This document shows, piece by piece, positions 17,608 through 27,319 of a DNA stretch of 27,870 bases. The position numbers were made by a program, and so were the translations under genes. Position 1 is the stretch's first letter, and the number at the start of each line of letters is the position of its first letter. The notes beneath the pieces were generated by a model. That model had not been told where the DNA came from. It did no database searches and saw nothing but the letters and a program-made list of their open reading frames with translations. Source of the stretch: an uncultured archaeon (lineage in GTDB: Archaea; Thermoplasmatota; Penumbrarchaeia; JASLWR01); contig CAYSHM010000032.1 in the NCBI GenBank assembly GCA_964430885.1, positions 1 to 27,870 of the forward strand, given 5' to 3'.

Positions 17608-19272
17608 ATGTTCCGAAATATATTTTTCCCTATGAAGCTTCTACTGGCTCTATTTGTAATAGGTCAGGTTCTAATGATGGCCAGCCCCGACTTCATGACA
17701 AAGCAATCCCATGGGCATGAATGTCGAAGCGAGAGCACCGTGATTACAGTAGAGCTTAACGGGACTGGCAATTTTAAAGATGTCAAAAGTGCAGTTGACA
17801 GTGCGGATCCGGGAGATACTATTATATTAATGGAAGGTGAATTCTCGGGCAACATTACCATAGATAAACCCTTAACAGTAATAGGCGCAGGTCCGGACAA
17901 GACAATTATCAACGGACATGGCGGTGAGTTCAGTTTAAAGATAACCGCTGATGACGTTTTCTTGAGCGGGCTCTCGGTTTTCAATTCTTCCAAAGGAATT
18001 GAACTGGCAAGTCACAGATCAAACCTGGGGGACATCAATGCTACATACAATTGGAACGGCCTTCTTATCACTGGAGGCGGATACAATAATATCAGCAACT
18101 GCAATTTCAACGGAAATATTGTAGGCATTTACATTTCCAACACCACCCATAATAGATTGACAGAATGCAATGCGGATTACAATTATCAATACGGCATTTA
18201 TACCTTCTATGCAGAACACAATATTTTTAAAGGCGGAGGAACCAGTTTTAACGGTGATTACGGAATGTATGTCTACTGGTTCTCGGACCATAACACAATC
18301 CGCGATTATCAGGCTAACAACAACAGTCACGGCCTCTATATTCTGGACTGTGATGATATAGATATAATCAATGTCAGCTGTACAGGCAACGGAGGCGACG
18401 GCCTTTATGCCATGGTCAGGGGCAGCGAGCTTGTAAATATCACCGCTGGCAAGAATGCTCTCTGCGGAATAAATCTATATCATACCGAAAATACATCGAT
18501 CACCGATTCTCTGGTGTATACCAACGGGGAGTACGGGATAAAGGTAAGGTATTCAAGGAACAATGAATTTAAAAGAAATGTCATGATGGGGAATTATTAC
18601 GGAATCAAGTTGGGGTCCACTAGTAAGAATAATCTTGTATCCGCCAACATATTTCATGATAATTTTGCAGACATTCAATGCAGGGATGACGGGGAGAATA
18701 TATGGAACACATCGAAATCCGGTAATTACTGGTCCGATCATAATGCGATTGATAAAGATGGTGATGGATTATTGGATTCTCTTTATATCATAGGTATTGG
18801 TGGGGCCCCTTCGGACATGAAACCTCTTTCTTCCCCCCCTGTTGATATCTCCCAATATGATCCTCTCTGGGAACCGGACTATTCAATGATGAGAGACTCG
18901 GATAATGACAGTTACTGGGACATAGAGGAGATTGTGTTCACCAGCGATCCCTATAACGCTGTCTCCATTCCGGATGATTGGGATGGCGATGATTGGAACA
19001 ACACGGATGAAATTGATATCGGAACAGATCCAAGGGTGGCTGCGTCTTACCCAAAGGACAATGACGGTGATGGTACATTTGATACCTTGGACAATGATAT
19101 TGACGGCGACGGAGTCCCAAATGAAAAGGACCTATATCCATATGATAAGGGGCAGTGGAGTATTGACCTGGGTGATGAAGATTCGGTTCTTGATCCCGAT
19201 CTGGCAATGCTGATATCCTTCATCATGTCCGTTCTGCTGATTTTCTTTTATATCATTGACCGTTTGGAATAA
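17608..19272 (+). CDS. Right-handed parallel beta-helix (NosD/CASH) surface protein with thrombospondin-type-3-like Ca repeats and a C-terminal TM anchor
   Basis: The ORF track starts at TTG 17530; ATG 17608 gives a signal-like N-terminus. AVDSADPGDTI, repeated N..GIY..N.I coils, GNYWSD, DNDGDG/DIDGDGVPN repeats, terminal hydrophobic helix. Confidence 0.8.
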   Translation: MFRNIFFPMKLLLALFVIGQVLMMASPDFMTKQSHGHECRSESTVITVELNGTGNFKDVKSAVDSADPGDTIILMEGEFSGNITIDKPLTVIGAGPDKTIINGHGGEFSLKITADDVFLSGLSVFNSSKGIELASHRSNLGDINATYNWNGLLITGGGYNNISNCNFNGNIVGIYISNTTHNRLTECNADYNYQYGIYTFYAEHNIFKGGGTSFNGDYGMYVYWFSDHNTIRDYQANNNSHGLYILDCDDIDIINVSCTGNGGDGLYAMVRGSELVNITAGKNALCGINLYHTENTSITDSLVYTNGEYGIKVRYSRNNEFKRNVMMGNYYGIKLGSTSKNNLVSANIFHDNFADIQCRDDGENIWNTSKSGNYWSDHNAIDKDGDGLLDSLYIIGIGGAPSDMKPLSSPPVDISQYDPLWEPDYSMMRDSDNDSYWDIEEIVFTSDPYNAVSIPDDWDGDDWNNTDEIDIGTDPRVAASYPKDNDGDGTFDTLDNDIDGDGVPNEKDLYPYDKGQWSIDLGDEDSVLDPDLAMLISFIMSVLLIFFYIIDRLE

Positions 19273-19341
19273 TGTGTAAAATTATAATTACAGACCGTGG
19301 CCGATCAGATACCCCGGTCATATTGGGTAAATCATGATCCG

Positions 19342-22050
19342 CTAGCAATTAGATATTCTATCTTTTCTAGTGAATATTAATTGGATCAAACCGAATAGGT
19401 AGAAAAGAGCTATGCCTGTAATCGATAACGGTTTCAAGGATGTGAGTTCATCGGGGAAATCCATTCTGTTCATACTCTTTTGTCCCTGTTTCTGGAGTAG
19501 GTTATTCTTGCTATTCTGAGACTGCTGTTCATCAGGTGGCTGCTGGCCTGGGGGTTGCTTACCTGGAGCTTGCTGCTGCCCTATGATTCTAACATGTTCA
19601 ACAGGATGCCCAATAGATCCTCTGCTAGATGTGGATTCTATATCATCGTCCCCGCTAATTGATAATACCCATTTATCGGGTTTTTCCTTGTCCTTAAGGA
19701 ACCTGCCGGTAACCATTGCCGCATTACCGACCTCCAATTTCCCGATTTCCGTTTGAGATATTACCGGCAGCTGTTCTTCATTATTTTTATCATCCCTTAT
19801 AACAAAGACCTTCTCATTGATGATCTCATGGATCTCGCAGTGGATAACTTTTACAGTCTGCCCGGCAAAGGAGTCCGGCTGCTGAAGAAGAAGGGGTATG
19901 GGAACTTCCGATCCTGAATTCCCATTATCTGGACCATTAGGCCCACCGTTTTGAGGCGGTTTGTTTGATCCCCGGTTCATTCTCGTCTCAATTGCATAAT
20001 CCCCTGCTTGAACACTTGATAATATCATTAGTAAAATACCGATGATTATCATTATCCTGCAGAAGCAAATGATGCCCAATTTCTTCCTTTTACCTCTTAT
20101 ATCTTTGACCTTTTGGGGATCTGAATTACCAGTATTATCCAGAAATCTATCTTCTTCCGGTCCTTTGATTCCCAGGAGCTTCACAAGCAGCACAGAGCTC
20201 ATTATTGATGCAGGCGGTATGAGGGGTATGTAGTATCTGATATCCTCAACCGTTCGTTTTAGGACCCATCCTTGGGAAAGGTAGATTATGAGCGTGAGCA
20301 GTATCAGTGATAACATAGCGTAAATTATAGGTTCCTTTCTCAGTACCCAAATTGCAGGTATACATATGAAAAGGAGCGGAACGAAAACCAGGAGATATTC
20401 GAAAATGTAGGGAGCATTTTCTTTATCATCCTCTCCCCAGTTGAAATAGGAATCGAAGAACGAAGCTGAAGGTTCAGATACCTCTAGGGTCATATTTCCA
20501 GCGGTATCGCTTGAGACGACTGCCTGGAGGTTCTGGGCCTGATATCCTGAATTGAAGGGCCCGCCGAAATAATTGGCGTTATAAGCCAGCAGTATCCCTC
20601 CTATCAATCCCAAGCCGATACATAATGGCAGCGTTAGGCCTAATACCTTGAGGATGTTCTTCTTGGAAAACAATCTTTTGATGAAATATAGGGGCTTATT
20701 TTTATCCATTCCCTTTTGACCGGCATCCTTTATAAGGACTCCGAGAAGGAATAGGGCCGGCATGAAACAAGCTACCGCTGTGGAGTACCTCATAGTAACG
20801 GCCGAACCAAGCATTATTCCGCCGATAAAGGATATGATTATAGGCAGAACAAATCGGGTCATTTTTCCTATAAGGTCATATCTTTCATCCCACTGATCAA
20901 GTGCGATCATGAACAGCCAAAGGCCCAGAAAAGCAAGGGCGACCGAAGCCAATCCCCCCATCCATTGACCGAAGTACAGCTGTAGCGTTATACCTCCGGT
21001 CATTGTAAGGAATGTGGCCAGGGTGGCACCCTTCCAGTCAAATGTCCTGCAGGTGATTCCCCAAACACTGAGGGCGAGGATGACAACCATCAATGTCCCG
21101 AACAGACCTTCGAGACCTATGTACATTAACCACGATATGATAACCGATGGGCCTGGAGGCCAATGGTTAACATAGTGATATTCCCCATCCAGTTCAGCTA
21201 CACCCGAGGCAAGGGGCGGTGTGGGTCCTTCAATGATCTTGTTAGCCATTACCGTGTGCTGTCCTTCTTCCAATTCCCCGGTGTATTCAGTTTTTCCCGA
21301 AGCATCCGTGAGGTCCAGTTCAATTGTATTTCGTTCACCTTTATCTATGATGACCTCCACCCCTTCCAAAGGTGCACCCAACATATCCAATACAGTGATG
21401 CTTAATTGATATTCCTCACCTTTGCTTTCAACATCGACCTCCGCATATATGTTATAGCGCCCTTCTTTGGTCTCAGCTTCCAGTACTTCCTGTATGATAG
21501 TCACCTTACCTCCCTGTTCCGGGGGGATGGCGATTATTGCAGGTATCTTGCCGAATGGTATATTGAACAACCTGCATTTACCAGAAGTATCGGTGGTATT
21601 TTCCCATACTCGGGATGAGTCTTCTACCCTCTTATCTATCTTGAGTGTTATATTAGCCCCTGCAACCGGATTATTATCTGAATCTGTTACCTGAAATTCA
21701 ATATCATTATTTTCTCTCTCGCCGTCAAAACTTCCGTATTCGAAATCCACGCTGTATTTCCCTTCGCTGATCTCGGTTGAGAAGACGCTCTCGTAAAAAT
21801 AGCGCCCTTCAGCTTCATCCAGTGGAATAGAATAGTATCCATCAGTATAGAGTTCAGCCCATCCGTAATATCCCTCTTCATCCTTTAGATGGGGCTGACT
21901 GCTCTCCACACCGTGCTCTATTGTATGAATGTACATGGAGATTATTACAAAAGTTAGTATCACAAATAAAATGCATCTTTCTTTATTGATAGCCCTTCCT
22001 CTTGGGTCCTTTTTTATATTGCTGAAAAATCCATTTACCGCTTTCTTCAT
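19342..22050 (-). CDS. GT-C fold (ArnT/PMT, GT39/83-like) membrane glycosyltransferase with inserted Ig-like domains and a C-terminal OB-like domain
   Basis: 902 aa. DEEGYY after TM1, NHWPPG, roughly 12 or more hydrophobic segments, AVTMRY, YNANYFGGPF, RYYIPLIPP. Confidence 0.7.
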   Translation of the reverse strand: MKKAVNGFFSNIKKDPRGRAINKERCILFVILTFVIISMYIHTIEHGVESSQPHLKDEEGYYGWAELYTDGYYSIPLDEAEGRYFYESVFSTEISEGKYSVDFEYGSFDGERENNDIEFQVTDSDNNPVAGANITLKIDKRVEDSSRVWENTTDTSGKCRLFNIPFGKIPAIIAIPPEQGGKVTIIQEVLEAETKEGRYNIYAEVDVESKGEEYQLSITVLDMLGAPLEGVEVIIDKGERNTIELDLTDASGKTEYTGELEEGQHTVMANKIIEGPTPPLASGVAELDGEYHYVNHWPPGPSVIISWLMYIGLEGLFGTLMVVILALSVWGITCRTFDWKGATLATFLTMTGGITLQLYFGQWMGGLASVALAFLGLWLFMIALDQWDERYDLIGKMTRFVLPIIISFIGGIMLGSAVTMRYSTAVACFMPALFLLGVLIKDAGQKGMDKNKPLYFIKRLFSKKNILKVLGLTLPLCIGLGLIGGILLAYNANYFGGPFNSGYQAQNLQAVVSSDTAGNMTLEVSEPSASFFDSYFNWGEDDKENAPYIFEYLLVFVPLLFICIPAIWVLRKEPIIYAMLSLILLTLIIYLSQGWVLKRTVEDIRYYIPLIPPASIMSSVLLVKLLGIKGPEEDRFLDNTGNSDPQKVKDIRGKRKKLGIICFCRIMIIIGILLMILSSVQAGDYAIETRMNRGSNKPPQNGGPNGPDNGNSGSEVPIPLLLQQPDSFAGQTVKVIHCEIHEIINEKVFVIRDDKNNEEQLPVISQTEIGKLEVGNAAMVTGRFLKDKEKPDKWVLSISGDDDIESTSSRGSIGHPVEHVRIIGQQQAPGKQPPGQQPPDEQQSQNSKNNLLQKQGQKSMNRMDFPDELTSLKPLSITGIALFYLFGLIQLIFTRKDRISNC

Positions 22051-22280
22051 CGATTGAGAATATAGATATTCAATGTATAAAAATATTGGTCAACTCTCTT
22101 GAGATTTGTAATATAATAAATATGCTGGCCATCACAGATTCAGACCGGTATCCTATTCTTTTACCTAATACAGCTATTAAATCAGTATTTTTAAATACAT
22201 ATAAATAAATGTTTATTGACTAGGTTATGATATAAATTGTATTTGTATTGCACTAGAATCCTGTACGTGGAGATGAAAAA

Positions 22281-23744
22281 ATGATAAATGTAAAACGAAC
22301 TTTAGCTTTGTTGATCGGGGCTTTCCTGATAGCAATTTTAATGCCGTCCATAAATGCTGAAACCCCTTTGGCTAAGATGGATTTTGAAGACCTGGCCTTG
22401 GTAAGCGGAGATGTGGAATGGGAAATTGATTGGACCCATAGTTCGGACCCTTCCGGTGAGAAACGTGAATTCAGTTATCCCCAGATATCGAAAGATACAT
22501 CTTTCCATTTGCAGGGTAACCTTGAAGAGCCCCTCACCGCCCCTCTTGTCTCTGAAAATCCTTCAGGGGCAGTACTTTGGTCCTTTGATTCTTACATTGG
22601 ATCGGGAGAAATAAATTTCCTAAAGGTGCAGGATAGCAGTGCACATTGGAATTCCAATGGATATATTGCCGTACACGATTGGAATTCAGGGGCACCAAGG
22701 GTTCAGCTGAACAGAAGAGATGGTGAGAACAGTGTGAACCTGATAACTGTTGATTCGGTATCCGGCGGGGAATGGCATACCATTTCCATGTCCCTATCCC
22801 CATCTGGAGAATGGAAGCTGACAGTTGACGGTGCAGACTCCAACTCCACCAATGATACAACTTACCTAGCATTGACACATATCAGCATAGGAAGATACGG
22901 TAAGTACGACAATATACTGATCAAGGATCAAGCTGGCGGATTGCTGGCAAGTTCGGATTTCGAGGATGTTATCATGCGGACTGGCGGAAAGGATATGCTG
23001 ATGGATTGGACACACAGTTCCGATCCCACCGGTGCTGCAAAGGGATTCAGCTATCCTATCATCAATGTTGATAAAACGGTATATCTGGAAGGAAGTCTGA
23101 AATCACCTGTTACTGCCACATTGTTCACATCCAATCCATCGGATGCGACATCATGGTCACTGAGATCATCATCCAAGGTAGGAGGATATAATTTCATAAA
23201 ACTCCAGGAAACTGAAAACCACTGGAATTCCAACGGATACATACTTTCCCACAAGAAGAGCGGTGAAACGGAGCTTTTATCATTGGATAGAAGGGACGGC
23301 ACTTCACCATCAACTCTCATTTCCCTAACCATAAACGGAACGGATTGGGTCAACCTTACCCTCTTGAGGAGTTCCTCGGGAGAATGGCAGATAGATGCTG
23401 ACGGAATCCTATCGGAATCAGTTGCCGACACCACCTATGATTCTCTTCCTTTTATCAGCATAGGAAGATATGGTAAATTTGATGACTTTGTGATCGATGA
23501 TAAACCAGTTGCCGGAGATGACAACACCACTGGGGATGATGACACAACTGGTGATGACGACACAACCGGGAACGATGATACAACCGGAGATGACAACACC
23601 ACCGGGGATGATGATACGGGTACCGATCCTGAAACAGATAATGAAGATGAAGACGATACTCCTGGTTTTGCCATTGTTTTGATCATCCCAGCATTGGTGC
23701 TGGCTTTACTGCATTATAGAAGACGGGAATCCAATGGATCTTGA
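22281..23744 (+). CDS. PGF-CTERM-anchored surface protein with two tandem 192-aa beta-rich (ConA/lectin-like) domains
   Basis: Signal peptide; duplicated DFED..DWTHSSDP.G..FSYP..HWNSNGYI..RRDG..ISIGRYGK; acidic Thr linker; DTPGF, TM and RRR form the archaeosortase A sorting signal. Confidence 0.85.
   Translation: MINVKRTLALLIGAFLIAILMPSINAETPLAKMDFEDLALVSGDVEWEIDWTHSSDPSGEKREFSYPQISKDTSFHLQGNLEEPLTAPLVSENPSGAVLWSFDSYIGSGEINFLKVQDSSAHWNSNGYIAVHDWNSGAPRVQLNRRDGENSVNLITVDSVSGGEWHTISMSLSPSGEWKLTVDGADSNSTNDTTYLALTHISIGRYGKYDNILIKDQAGGLLASSDFEDVIMRTGGKDMLMDWTHSSDPTGAAKGFSYPIINVDKTVYLEGSLKSPVTATLFTSNPSDATSWSLRSSSKVGGYNFIKLQETENHWNSNGYILSHKKSGETELLSLDRRDGTSPSTLISLTINGTDWVNLTLLRSSSGEWQIDADGILSESVADTTYDSLPFISIGRYGKFDDFVIDDKPVAGDDNTTGDDDTTGDDDTTGNDDTTGDDNTTGDDDTGTDPETDNEDEDDTPGFAIVLIIPALVLALLHYRRRESNGS
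23514..23621 (+). repeat. Six imperfect 18-bp tandem repeats encoding G(D/N)D(N/D)T(T/G)
   Basis: GGAGATGACAACACCACT, GGGGATGATGACACAACT, GGTGATGACGACACAACC, GGGAACGATGATACAACC, GGAGATGACAACACCACC, GGGGATGATGATACGGGT. Confidence 0.92.
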
Positions 23745-23827
23745 ATGTCCTCTCAGGGTCAAGTTTTGTTGTTTTCCAGTAAAAATCATGATAGGTTTTA
23801 TGAAATAATATTTCCATCAGCAGGTAT

Positions 23828-24346
23828 ATGATCCGTGATTATTCATTCTGTCCCTTTTGCAAAGGAGAGATGTTCCCCCGATTGGAGGAAGGTGTCCATA
23901 GGAACAGCTGTCAAGTATGCAATTTCATTCATTATCGTAATCCAACCCCTTCAGCTGCAGGTCTGCTATTCAGAGAAGAAAAAGTGCTGCTTATCAAAAG
24001 AGGTGTTGAACCGGGTTATGGTGAATGGTCCCTCCCGTCGGGTTTTATAGAAGAGGACGAAACCCCTGAAGAAGGATGTATCAGGGAGATTATGGAAGAG
24101 ACCGGATTGACCACATCCGTTGATGAACTTCTTCACATTTTTACAATGAGGACGGAAGTATATGGTTCCGTTATGATCATAGTGTATAAATTGAAGGAAG
24201 AGGGGGGCGAACTCAGACCGGGCAGTGATGTATTGGATGCTAAGTTCTGCTATGTTGAAGAGATGCCGGATCTCCATCTCGATCAATTATCAGACCTGAT
24301 AAAGATGGCTCATAATTCCGAATTCAGGTCCAGTGAACCGACTTGA
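23828..24346 (+). CDS. Nudix hydrolase with an N-terminal zinc ribbon (ADP-ribose pyrophosphatase-like)
   Basis: FCPFC..CQVC..YRNP and a complete Nudix box GFIEEDETPEEGCIREIMEETGL. The 3' end overlaps the convergent clostripain gene by 23 bp. Confidence 0.9.
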   Translation: MIRDYSFCPFCKGEMFPRLEEGVHRNSCQVCNFIHYRNPTPSAAGLLFREEKVLLIKRGVEPGYGEWSLPSGFIEEDETPEEGCIREIMEETGLTTSVDELLHIFTMRTEVYGSVMIIVYKLKEEGGELRPGSDVLDAKFCYVEEMPDLHLDQLSDLIKMAHNSEFRSSEPT

Positions 24347-25664
24347 TGAATTCATCCCACTGTGTATCCTTGGCAAAAAGGATCTCCTCATATTGACTGT
24401 TATAAACCGAAGAGCGGTACGGGATGTATATAGATATGCCGTGGGCATCAGGATGACCTGGTTTGGAGTTAATCTTCCTGCAGCCCATCACCACCTGGTT
24501 AATAAGATCCATCACTTCCTGGGAATGTGGATTCTTGAGGGTTCCGGCCTTTTCCTTGGAAAGCATATATGCAAAATCATAAAGGTCATAATTCGTGTAG
24601 GTTGCGATCCCCAGCCAATCCATCTGGGCAGAAAAGAATTCTGTGTATAGTTCTTCTGGCAGTTCGGGATGGCCTATTACATTGTTTATTAGATTGGCCT
24701 GCCTTATTGTCTGTCCGATTCCAGTCACCTTGTTGAGTACATCGCCGGCAAGATTGTCAACAGCGACCCCCAGATCTTCGATCAGGGATAGGTTATATCC
24801 TGCCATGACGTCGGAATAGGTTTCTTTGGGTATGAAAACCCCTCCAGTCCACGGTCCGTAGGGTTCAAAAGTATCGATCATTGTATGGGTGAACTCTTCG
24901 GGATTCATGTCCGGGTTTGCAACAAGTTCATTCCAGCAGGTATCATACTGCCAATTCCCAGCTTCCCATATGTCATTTTCGGGTTCAGCTTCGGCCCCCC
25001 ATCCGTAGGTTGATCCCCCTACGAAATAATCCACACAATCCTTAAGTTCGTATCCGAATTCCATCATGCCGACCAGACAGCCTTCGGTGGATAATATTTC
25101 AACATTCCTTCCTACCTTCTCCTTGAAACTCTCGCATACTTCTCTTATTTCTGGCAGGGAAAGGTGATCTTCCGAACTCTCATCCCAGCACATTCCCCTC
25201 CATCCGCCACCGTGGTTGACTAGATGAATATTGTAGTATTTGGCCGGATATGCATCTATACCCCAAAGAAGGAACTTCTCAAGATGGGCCGGATCTCCCA
25301 GATTCAATTCACTATCGGTCCAGGTTTCATCTATCAATGTGATGGGCATTTCAGTGGAATTGCCCTCTTCTATTTTCAATAATTTAGTATCCCCTGGGTC
25401 TTGTCTATCCAGTATTCCTATTAGATTGACCTTGTCAGAGGTATTGACCATCTCGAGATAATGAATATTGCAGAGCATCATATTCCAGTCTGCCAGATTC
25501 CCATCACCGCAGAACCAGAAAAAAGAGGTCCATAATGCTTCAGTCTGCATTTCATCAAGCTCTTTTTTACCCTTGTCTTCCCGATAGATAAAAAAGATAG
25601 TGGACGTTACTATCAATAGAGCTACCACACATGCTGATATCAGTTTGATGGTTTTTGATTGCAT
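24324..25664 (-). CDS. Clostripain-family (C11) cysteine peptidase, N-terminally anchored or secreted
   Basis: N-terminal TM, GDGNL, ELNLGDP..L..F..W..YPA..Y, NHGGGW (His151), TEGCLVG (Cys196), YDLYDF, GISIYIP, TQWDEFI. Confidence 0.88.
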   Translation of the reverse strand: MQSKTIKLISACVVALLIVTSTIFFIYREDKGKKELDEMQTEALWTSFFWFCGDGNLADWNMMLCNIHYLEMVNTSDKVNLIGILDRQDPGDTKLLKIEEGNSTEMPITLIDETWTDSELNLGDPAHLEKFLLWGIDAYPAKYYNIHLVNHGGGWRGMCWDESSEDHLSLPEIREVCESFKEKVGRNVEILSTEGCLVGMMEFGYELKDCVDYFVGGSTYGWGAEAEPENDIWEAGNWQYDTCWNELVANPDMNPEEFTHTMIDTFEPYGPWTGGVFIPKETYSDVMAGYNLSLIEDLGVAVDNLAGDVLNKVTGIGQTIRQANLINNVIGHPELPEELYTEFFSAQMDWLGIATYTNYDLYDFAYMLSKEKAGTLKNPHSQEVMDLINQVVMGCRKINSKPGHPDAHGISIYIPYRSSVYNSQYEEILFAKDTQWDEFIKSVHWT

Positions 25665-25728
25665 ATTTTAGCACCGTTTCAATATATTTGGATGTTTAGG
25701 ATCACTATTACTGGCAACTGCATACTGT

Positions 25729-27057
25729 TCAATGGTACATATTCAAATTATTCTTGCTCTGAGAGGATAAATCTTCACCCTTGGAAGCTTTAATCTTCTC
25801 AATTGCCTTGATGAAATGATTGACTGTTACTCTTGTTCCTTCTTTCCTCACAGTATTCATTCCGGCTTCTCGGCATATGTTCTGAATTTCGGCGCCGGAC
25901 ATTCCTTCGCATATCAGGGCGAAATTTGGGATCATCTTCTTGACCCGCCAGTCTAGGTTGAGTTTGCTGGAATGAATCTCGAGGATTTTTTCTATTCCTT
26001 CCAAATTGGGCGGAGGTATCTCAATTATCCTATCGAACCTTCCAGGTCTTAGAAGGGCTTTGTCTAGTATGTCAGGCCTATTGGTAGCAGCAATAATAGA
26101 AACATTCTCAAGGGGTCTGAAACCATCCATCTCTGCAAGCAGCTGCATCAATGTACGCTGGACCTCACGGTCGCCGGAGGTGTTCAGACCCATTCTTTTT
26201 GCACCTACTGCGTCTATTTCATCTATGAAAATTATGCTAGGGGCCTCTTCCCTTGCTAGTTGGAACAGTTCCCTGACCAATCTGCTTCCTTCTCCAATAT
26301 ATTTTTGGACGAGTTCGGAGCCTACCAATCTAATAAATGCCGCTTTGGTCTTGTTAGCCACCGCTTTCGCTAACAATGTTTTTCCATTTCCCGGAGGACC
26401 AACAAGCAGAATCCCTTTAGGCGGTTTTACACCTACTCTCTTGTAGAGTTCGGGTCGAGTCAGAGGAAGCTCCACTGTTTCCGTCATCCTCTGGATCTGT
26501 TCATCCAGTCCTCCAACATCATCATAAGTAGTGGCTGGTCTTTCCAGTATTTGGGCGCATGATACAATGGGATCTTTGGAAGAGTTCAATGGTTCCATCA
26601 CATTGAGATTCTTATAGTCAAGCATGACTCTTTTTCCCGGACTCCAATCATTATCGTAATCCCTGCTTGCCAAGTTCTTCACAACATAAATATGACCCAC
26701 ACCATTTTTCACTACGAAGCGTCCGTCGGCCAATTCCTCCATGATCTCCGCAACAACCAGGGGCGGTTCTCTGAACTCTTTCAATTTGGCAATAAGCTTG
26801 TTCACACGTTTTTTTAGTTTGTTAATATCATTATTCTTTCTCCGCAGTGTGTGCTCGAGTTCTGCTTTTTCAATCATCAATGAATAGTTTTTCTCCATAA
26901 GATCTGCATTGAGCCTGTTCAAATGGGAAAAGGTGGTATTGCTTGACCGGATTATCCTATAATCGTCTGAATCAGTTAGGTTCTTGGAGGCGTCTACGTC
27001 CGAATTGTTGTCTTTTTCCGGCTCTCTTCTTTTAGATCCATCTTCAGAATTTGACAT
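25729..27057 (-). CDS. pan: Proteasome-activating nucleotidase (AAA+ ATPase)
   Basis: Coiled coil followed by EPPLVVA OB domain, Walker A GPPGNGKT, pore loop QKYIGEG, Walker B IFIDEID, SGDREVQRTLMQLLAEMDGF, SRH ALLRPGRFDR, C-terminal HbYX motif MYH. SD GAGGAG. Confidence 0.95.
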   Translation of the reverse strand: MSNSEDGSKRREPEKDNNSDVDASKNLTDSDDYRIIRSSNTTFSHLNRLNADLMEKNYSLMIEKAELEHTLRRKNNDINKLKKRVNKLIAKLKEFREPPLVVAEIMEELADGRFVVKNGVGHIYVVKNLASRDYDNDWSPGKRVMLDYKNLNVMEPLNSSKDPIVSCAQILERPATTYDDVGGLDEQIQRMTETVELPLTRPELYKRVGVKPPKGILLVGPPGNGKTLLAKAVANKTKAAFIRLVGSELVQKYIGEGSRLVRELFQLAREEAPSIIFIDEIDAVGAKRMGLNTSGDREVQRTLMQLLAEMDGFRPLENVSIIAATNRPDILDKALLRPGRFDRIIEIPPPNLEGIEKILEIHSSKLNLDWRVKKMIPNFALICEGMSGAEIQNICREAGMNTVRKEGTRVTVNHFIKAIEKIKASKGEDLSSQSKNNLNMYH

Positions 27058-27100
27058 TTGAGCTCCTCGGAATTTTTAATTTTTTTTTTAACTAAACAAC

Positions 27101-27289
27101 CTATTCATTTTTTTCTTCTTCCAGGAAAAATAATTTTCCATCTTCATCTCTGAAAATATCAATTATCTGTATTGTATCCTTTATTTTCTGAGTGCCGACC
27201 TCATCATTGATTTCCTCAAAATAATCCATAGCCTTATGGCACCACAGTTCAAAGTGGGTCAATGAATATTCCTTCAATGTTTTTCTCAT
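27101..27289 (-). CDS. Small hypothetical protein
   Basis: 62 aa, strong SD (GAAGGTGG), co-oriented between the wHTH gene and pan. Confidence 0.6.
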   Translation of the reverse strand: MRKTLKEYSLTHFELWCHKAMDYFEEINDEVGTQKIKDTIQIIDIFRDEDGKLFFLEEEKNE

Positions 27290-27319
27290 GTTAAATCCAC
27301 CTTCTTATCCGATATTCTT

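Noticed and set aside
23514-23621. Tandem repeats as a possible CRISPR array
   Set aside because: The 18-bp units have no spacers, vary mostly at synonymous positions, and encode a linker. No cas genes are present.
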